Assembly (NCBI GenBank): GCA_951406725.2
Contig: OX597842.1
Coordinates: forward strand, 17,608,001 to 17,672,000
Origin: Octopus vulgaris
Lineage: Eukaryota
Direction: 5' to 3'
DNA: 64,000 nt
In this document: in pieces, positions 57,878 through 64,000 of the stretch
Layout of the letters: each line of letters starts with the position of its first letter
Numbering within the stretch: position 1 is the stretch's first letter
Made by a program: the position numbers and the translations under genes
Notes under the pieces: generated by a model
What the model saw: only the letters and a program-made list of their open reading frames with translations
Told to the model about the DNA's origin: nothing
Databases searched by the model: none

Positions 57878-60800
57878 ACAAACACACAGACACACACACA
57901 CATTTATATATGTATTCTATCACTCTATTATTTGTTCCAGTCATTTGACTGCGGCCATGCTGGAGTCCCGCCTTTAGTCGAGCAAATCGACCCCAGGACT
58001 TATTCTTTGTAAGCCTAGTACTTATTCTATCGGTCTCTTTTGCCGAACTCCTAAGTTACGGGGACGTGAATACACCAGCATCGATTATCGTGTGATGTTA
58101 GTGGCACAAACAAACACACACACACACACACACACTCACACACACATATATATATACGACGGGCTTCTTTCAGTTTCCATCCACCAAATACACTAACAAG
58201 GCTTTGGTCGGCCCGATGTTATAGTAGAAAACGCTTGCTCAAGGTGCCACGCAGAGGGACTGAACCTGGAACCATGTGGCTGGTAAGCAAGCTACGTACC
58301 ACACAGCCACTCCTGCGGCTATATATGTATGTATGTAAGTATATCATTATTCAGTTTATTTCAGGATTTCCTGCCAATAGAGAATGAACCGGTTTCTAAC
58401 CTAAATCCAGTCTCTTTCACTGGAATTGCAACATCAACAACAGGGTATTTTTGTTTGTAAGTTAGTATGTATGTATCTATGCGCAGATTTGTATGTTTTA
58501 TGTATGTATGCTCGCAAAGAAACGAACAAGGGACAACAATCAATGCACACTAACAAACTGTCCCATCCGTGACATAGATTTATGCCAACAGGTAAATGTT
58601 GTGTATAGAATACAATGTAACAAATGCAACAATTTCTATGTGGGTAGCACAACAAAACCGTTACACGTCCGCATCAAAGAGCATCTTAACACGATAGCCT
58701 CCTCCTTCTGAAAAGATGCCGGAACACCGACAAAAGCATAACAGTCACAATTGAGGCCAGTGAAAGAAATGTGGGTAATTTAAGAATTAAGGAAGCTATA
58801 CTCACACGTAGACTCATACACGAGACATTGCCGACCTCACGCACTTAGTGCTCTCATAATCAGTATATTCAAGAAAGGAGATAGAAAATCTTATGGAAAC
58901 CATCGTGTAATCTCGCTACTTATTATTTTAGGAAAGATCTTTGCTCCAATACCCTTGAACGACCTCCACGTCGTCGCAGAAAGAATCCTTCCAGAATCCC
59001 AGTGTGTTTTCCGAGCATTACTTGGAACCATAGACACGATCTGCGCCAGACAATTCCAAAGCAAGTATCGAGAACAACAAAACCGTATTTTCCTTATCTT
59101 TTATGATCTGCAAAAGGTTTTTTATAGAGTACCAAGACCAGCCATATGGACGGCCCTTGATCAATTTCTTCTTCTCTCTGATCATACGATGGCATGACTG
59201 GGCGTTTCCTTCCTCGTGATGGACTCTCAGAAGAATTCCCAATTACATCTGGATTGAAACAAGTTTGCGTACCCGCTACTATGCTTTACTCCTTATACCT
59301 TGCTGCAATGATCTATGAACTTCCCTCGGATCAGCTGGGAAAGGACATCAGATATCGTTTTGATGAAAGACTCTTCAGCCTGGTGAGGTTTCAGTCAAAG
59401 AATCTTACCAGTTCCAAGCGAATCTCAGAACTTCACTTCGTCGATGGCAACGTGGTCATTCGGTCACTCAAGCTTAGAACTGCAACAATCTGTCAGTTAT
59501 TTCACCATTGCGTATCAACGTTTTGAGCTCACTGTAAATTCTATGAAATCTCAGTTCTTCGCCTAATCAATCTCGAGTTCTGCCTTCTGGACTTTAACAT
59601 CATAATTTCGGGCACACCACTGGAACGAGTTAATCAATTTGCATGCCTTAGAAGTGTGCTTTCCACCAAACAAAATCCTGAGCAAGATGTGGAACGAGGA
59701 ATCGGACCGGTTCACTCAGCTTTCTTTGAAATAAATAAATGTCTTTCCTGAAAAATCCTGGAAACTTCTGGAATGCACCTCCTTTTTCTTTAAAATCCTA
59801 TTGGTGTCACAAAAAGTTTACACAGATATTACCGTCATCAGTTGAGGCTCGAGCGTCTGCTAAATTAAATGCGCCTAAGCGTAAGCGGCCCTTATCAATG
59901 GGAGAAATCCAGTCGTAAATAGATGATTTAAACAGCAATGAAGAAGTGCTTTTCTTATTTTCTTTCATCATCAAATGAAGCAGGTGATGTTGAAAATGAA
60001 GTTTTAGATAATACAGAAAAAAATAATGCTTTAACTAGCTCTGGATGGAAAAAGTGCATCGATTCTGCTCCATTTGTTTAAGACCAACAATTATTTTAGT
60101 TTTTGTGCTTAATTTAATGAAGATAAATATAAAAAATAGCCTTATGAAAAAGAGATTTTTTCGATTATTGTCCGTTTGTCACAGACATTCATGTAACACT
60201 TTCACGCCGTTTTAGGGTTAACATCTTGTTTGTATACTTACATTTTTTATTTCTGATCCAGGTACAAGCTGGCAGAAAGTATTTGAGATGACCCCAAACT
60301 CATTTATGAAAAGCCCTATTTATTTGTACTGGGAAGACAAGCCTATTGAAAAGGTAATGAATTTTTAGAATTTCAAGATGATTCTCATTGAATAACCAAT
60401 CTACATATTTGTTGCTGTTTTACAATAATTACTAGTGTTTTCTTTTAAATGTTTAATTTCAGTTTCTGATGTTTGTTTCATTTTTAAAATCTATCTTTTT
60501 TGTTAGCAAGTTTTTTTGGCGGGTTTCACGATAGAACTAGATCCAGACTAATTTTCCTTCTAAATTCCAATGGAATATTGTGCAGCGTTTTCATTTGGCG
60601 GCAAGAGTGTTGCTATAAAATATACACGACGCATAGAAAACCTATTCCTCTCGTATTTATTTCTCCTTTTTTTTCTTGGGGACTAAGGTCCGGCCTTTTA
60701 TTTAGATTTTCATCATTTTCGCCGGGTATCGGTCTGTATGTTTCTGTTTTTCGTGACATTTACACACGTGAGTTTCAGCGATTTTTCTACAACAAATTCA

Positions 60801-62461
60801 AAGCACATATTCCTCGAATAAGAACTTGGAGTGAATGATAAGGATTTTAACTTAATTGTCTGGCCCTTTTTTTGTGATTGCTTCAAGGGTTGGTTTAGTT
60901 TTGATACGGAACGTGTTTCGATGGCCGTATTTACACATGGAGTGAGAACGTTGGTTTCTGTAAACATTTGTAATACATTATTTATATGTGCCTAGCAAAC
61001 ACCTTTCCGCAGCAGCTGAACTCCTCATCTACTATTCCTTTACCGTTTCCTTTCTCATTGTCCATTTCCGGTTCAAGTCCATTTCGTTTTTTTTTCCGTT
61101 CCTATTTGATCCTTTATTCTCCCCCCGTGGTCCGGGATCATGTGGGCATGATTTCCCCATGCTTTTTTGTTTCAATTTTACCCCTGGTCGGGCTGCAAGC
61201 CCATTTGATCCTTCGTTACGCTGTCGTACTGTCAAGCGTCTCTCCGCTTTGTCATCCCTCTTTCTGGATTGTCAGCAAGTCCTTCCCTGCAGTCAGTATC
61301 TGAGGGAATTCAACCGTGTTTCGTGGTCTGCTACCACAACAGCTCCTTTATAGTATCCAGTTAGCTCAAGACATCATCAGGCGGAACCACGTCCGGTTTT
61401 GGCCCCTACTCCTCTACCGTTTTGACGTGGCGGGTCCCTCCTCTTTCGGGGGTGCCTTCAGCTCTGGTGTTGGGTTCATGTCTTCTTTCTTCTTCTTTCT
61501 TCTGTTCCCTGGCCTCTTCGATGTATCGTCAGCGAGTGTCAGCGGGCGACTGTCTTGCATTTTGAAAGGAAGAGGTGAAATGATGAAATTTAGGTCGAAA
61601 TTTGTGAATATGTAGATGGGGTAGCAAAAATAAGAATGCTTTTCCCTCGAGATGAACTTCAGAATAGGGTATAAAGTGACACTCCACCAGGGCCAAAGGA
61701 ACATGATGGACATACCAACATGAGTAGCTACTCTGGCCAGAAACTACTATCCCTCTGACATCCGTTCCACACTTCCATGAAAAATGCTGTTCAAATGTCC
61801 CGCTTCTTGACGTGACGTCACTTCCCCTTCCTTTCCTGATGTCTCCCTTCATTCCTCCACAGAATATCAATGTGACATTGTTGATGGGAGATTGATTCTT
61901 GTTGTTTTTACCTTTTGTTTTTGTCCCGGATTTTGTCAGGGTCTTCTACTTCCCACAGATGCAACGAAACTTTTTACAAAGACTCCGAAATCCCGACTCA
62001 TTAGTTATTAATCCGATTCTCTGTCTCATAAATCCAAACTCTTTCTCGCCATCTTAATCTTCCACTTCATTCGCTACTTTGTATTTCATCCTCTCACTTT
62101 CACTCCCTCCCTCCGTCTCCTCCTTTTTCACAACTTCTCTAATCTTTTTCTCTTTTACTCTGAAACTCTCTCACACTCTTCCTCCACGTTTCTTTATATC
62201 TCCTTCTCACCCTCCTACTCTCTTCCTATATAACAACCCAGTCCCCTTTCTCTTACCTCCCTTATTCTTTTAGATTCTTTACTGATCCGAGTCAACTTTC
62301 TGTTTTCAGGTGAAATTTCAGTTGAGCGGAACAATTCTAAATCGCACGTTTATTTTCAACGGCACGGAGCCGACTTCTACATCGTGGTTCAAAAAAAATA
62401 AAGTCATTTCAGGTCCAACTATCGCTTATTCACATTTAACAAGATTTACGTTCAATAACAA
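57424..62461 (+). CDS. Secreted PAN/apple-like domain protein, paralog 3 (partial); coding exons 57424-57754, 60262-60353, 62310-62461; exons 4-5 presumably beyond the window
   Basis: Exon 1 differs from paralog 2 at 4 aa. Exon 3 ([50 protein letters not shown]) is open, 152 nt, with ttttcag acceptor, AA/GTATGT donor and the same phases as the other copies. Confidence 0.8.
57925..58318 (-). mobile_element. tRNA-derived SINE in intron 1 of paralog 3
   Basis: Paralog of 31045-31437. Confidence 0.85.
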
Positions 62462-62779
62462 GTATGTATAAATTATCTTCTTACTCATTATTAACATCTT
62501 TAATGATTTAATGATAATAAAAATAATGATTTCTCTCATAGGTACAGAATCACGTATTTTAAGGCAAAGGTGAATTCGATTTTATTACTTACTTTATTGC
62601 TATTATTTTACCGACCCTAAAATAATGGAAGGCAGGTATGGCTTTGGTAGAATTTCCGCTGAAAATCTTAAGGGACGAAACTATCGCAAGGTATATTGCT
62701 TGGCACTTCACCGGTTCTCACACTCACCCAGTTCATAGTTGTAGTACTAGTAGCAGAGGTGGTAGTGGTGGCAGCGATG

Positions 62780-62780
62780 A

Positions 62781-62824
<44 letters not shown>

Positions 62825-62828
62825 TAAA

Positions 62829-62892
<64 letters not shown>
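62780..62892. repeat. (AGT)n microsatellite
   Basis: Directly visible. Confidence 0.95.
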
Positions 62893-63105
62893 CCAGTCTA
62901 CTATAGGCACAAGACCTGCAGTTTGGGGTAAGGGGGGATTGTTTATTGCTTAATTGTTACTTAATTGGTAATTAATTATTTCATCGACCTCCGAAAGGAT
63001 AAAATTAATCTCGGAGGAATTTGAACTCAGAACGTAAAGACGAGCAAATTGTTGCTAAGCATTTTGTCCGGAGTGCTAACAATTCTGCCTGCTCGCCGCC
63101 TCCTA

Positions 63106-63192
<87 letters not shown>

Positions 63193-63194
<2 letters not shown>

Positions 63195-64000
63195 TAATAC
63201 AGGCAGAGTGAACCTTTCATAAGTAAAAAAAAAGGGAAAACTATGCCCGGAGATAAAACTATCAACAAAAAAAATACAGACGAATACAGATCTGCTAGCC
63301 TTAAGAAGCTGCGCTACGAACAATGTTTACGTGCAGAGAATCCTAAACTGACAGATCCATCTCCTAATATAAGAATGGAAGCTCGTCATGCTTCAATGTC
63401 AACAAAACAACCTACAATCCGCGATGGTCGGCGAGCGGACTACAAAATACCACGTACCCGAAAATTGAACCAAAGTCTGATTGAAAAATCAGCTACTGGA
63501 TCAAATCTTCCCGACACACAGGAGCTGGACGTACCCCGCAACTGGAATATTCCAACAGATGGCCATCCATGCTCGTCACCAAACACTCAAAAGAAAAAGA
63601 AGGAAAAATGGACTAGGGAAGATAATAAAGAAGTTCTTGCGGCCTTCTACCATGCCATATATTTCCCCACAGATAAATCGAACACTATACAAACCTACAT
63701 AAACTAGAGACAGAAACACCCTGAAGTAAGACCCTACATAGACAGTAACAAACTTGCCAACGTCAGAAGAAACATAAAAAAAAATTACTGACTGAAGTAG
63801 AGGTTGATCAAATTAGACAAGCAGTAACGGATAGAATGAACGAAGCTGCAGCTAAAGAAGATAATACAGAGGAAATAATTATAGACCAGCTCAGAGCTAA
63901 TAAAAACGAAGTAAGGATTGAAAGAGTTAGTATAAGTGATAGGCAAAGTGAAATACTCCCTGAACCAAATATAAACACTAAGACAGATGAACATCAAATA
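63193..64000 (+). mobile_element. 5' end of a probable R4/Dong-like non-LTR element following (TAA)n
   Basis: ORF 63243-63707 ends KKKEKWTREDNKEVLAAFYHA; after an in-frame stop it continues RQKHPEVRPYIDSNKLANVRR; preceded by a TAA array at ~63105-63192. Confidence 0.6.

Overview
Eukaryotic, AT-rich, microsatellite-dense animal DNA. The SINE families and (TA)/(TATG)/(TAA) arrays look like octopus or another coleoid cephalopod; this is from recognition, not a database search. The window is mostly a tandem segmental duplication with units of about 18-27 kb. Each unit carries one + strand gene with 5 coding exons encoding a ~237-239 aa secreted protein: signal peptide, Cys-rich PAN/apple-like domain, and an uncharacterised C-terminal domain with an FNG-x7-WF motif. 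Copies 1 and 2 are complete and in frame; copy 3 is cut by the window end after exon 3. Main signal: between copies 1 and 2, exons 3 and 4 are far more diverged than the introns around them and almost all changes alter the amino acid, and copy 3 is a mosaic of a young 5' half and an old 3' half. This suggests a diversifying secreted recognition/effector family. The rest is transposon-derived: a near full-length RTE LINE with a twin-priming-type inversion and an HDV-like ribozyme fold at its 5' end (duplicated), Penelope-like fragments with minimal hammerhead motifs, R4/Dong-like elements in (TAA)n, Tc1, L1/Tx1 and Helitron-like remnants, tRNA-derived SINEs, a fold-back palindrome and a 38-bp minisatellite. 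Most ORFs in the supplied track are microsatellite artefacts.
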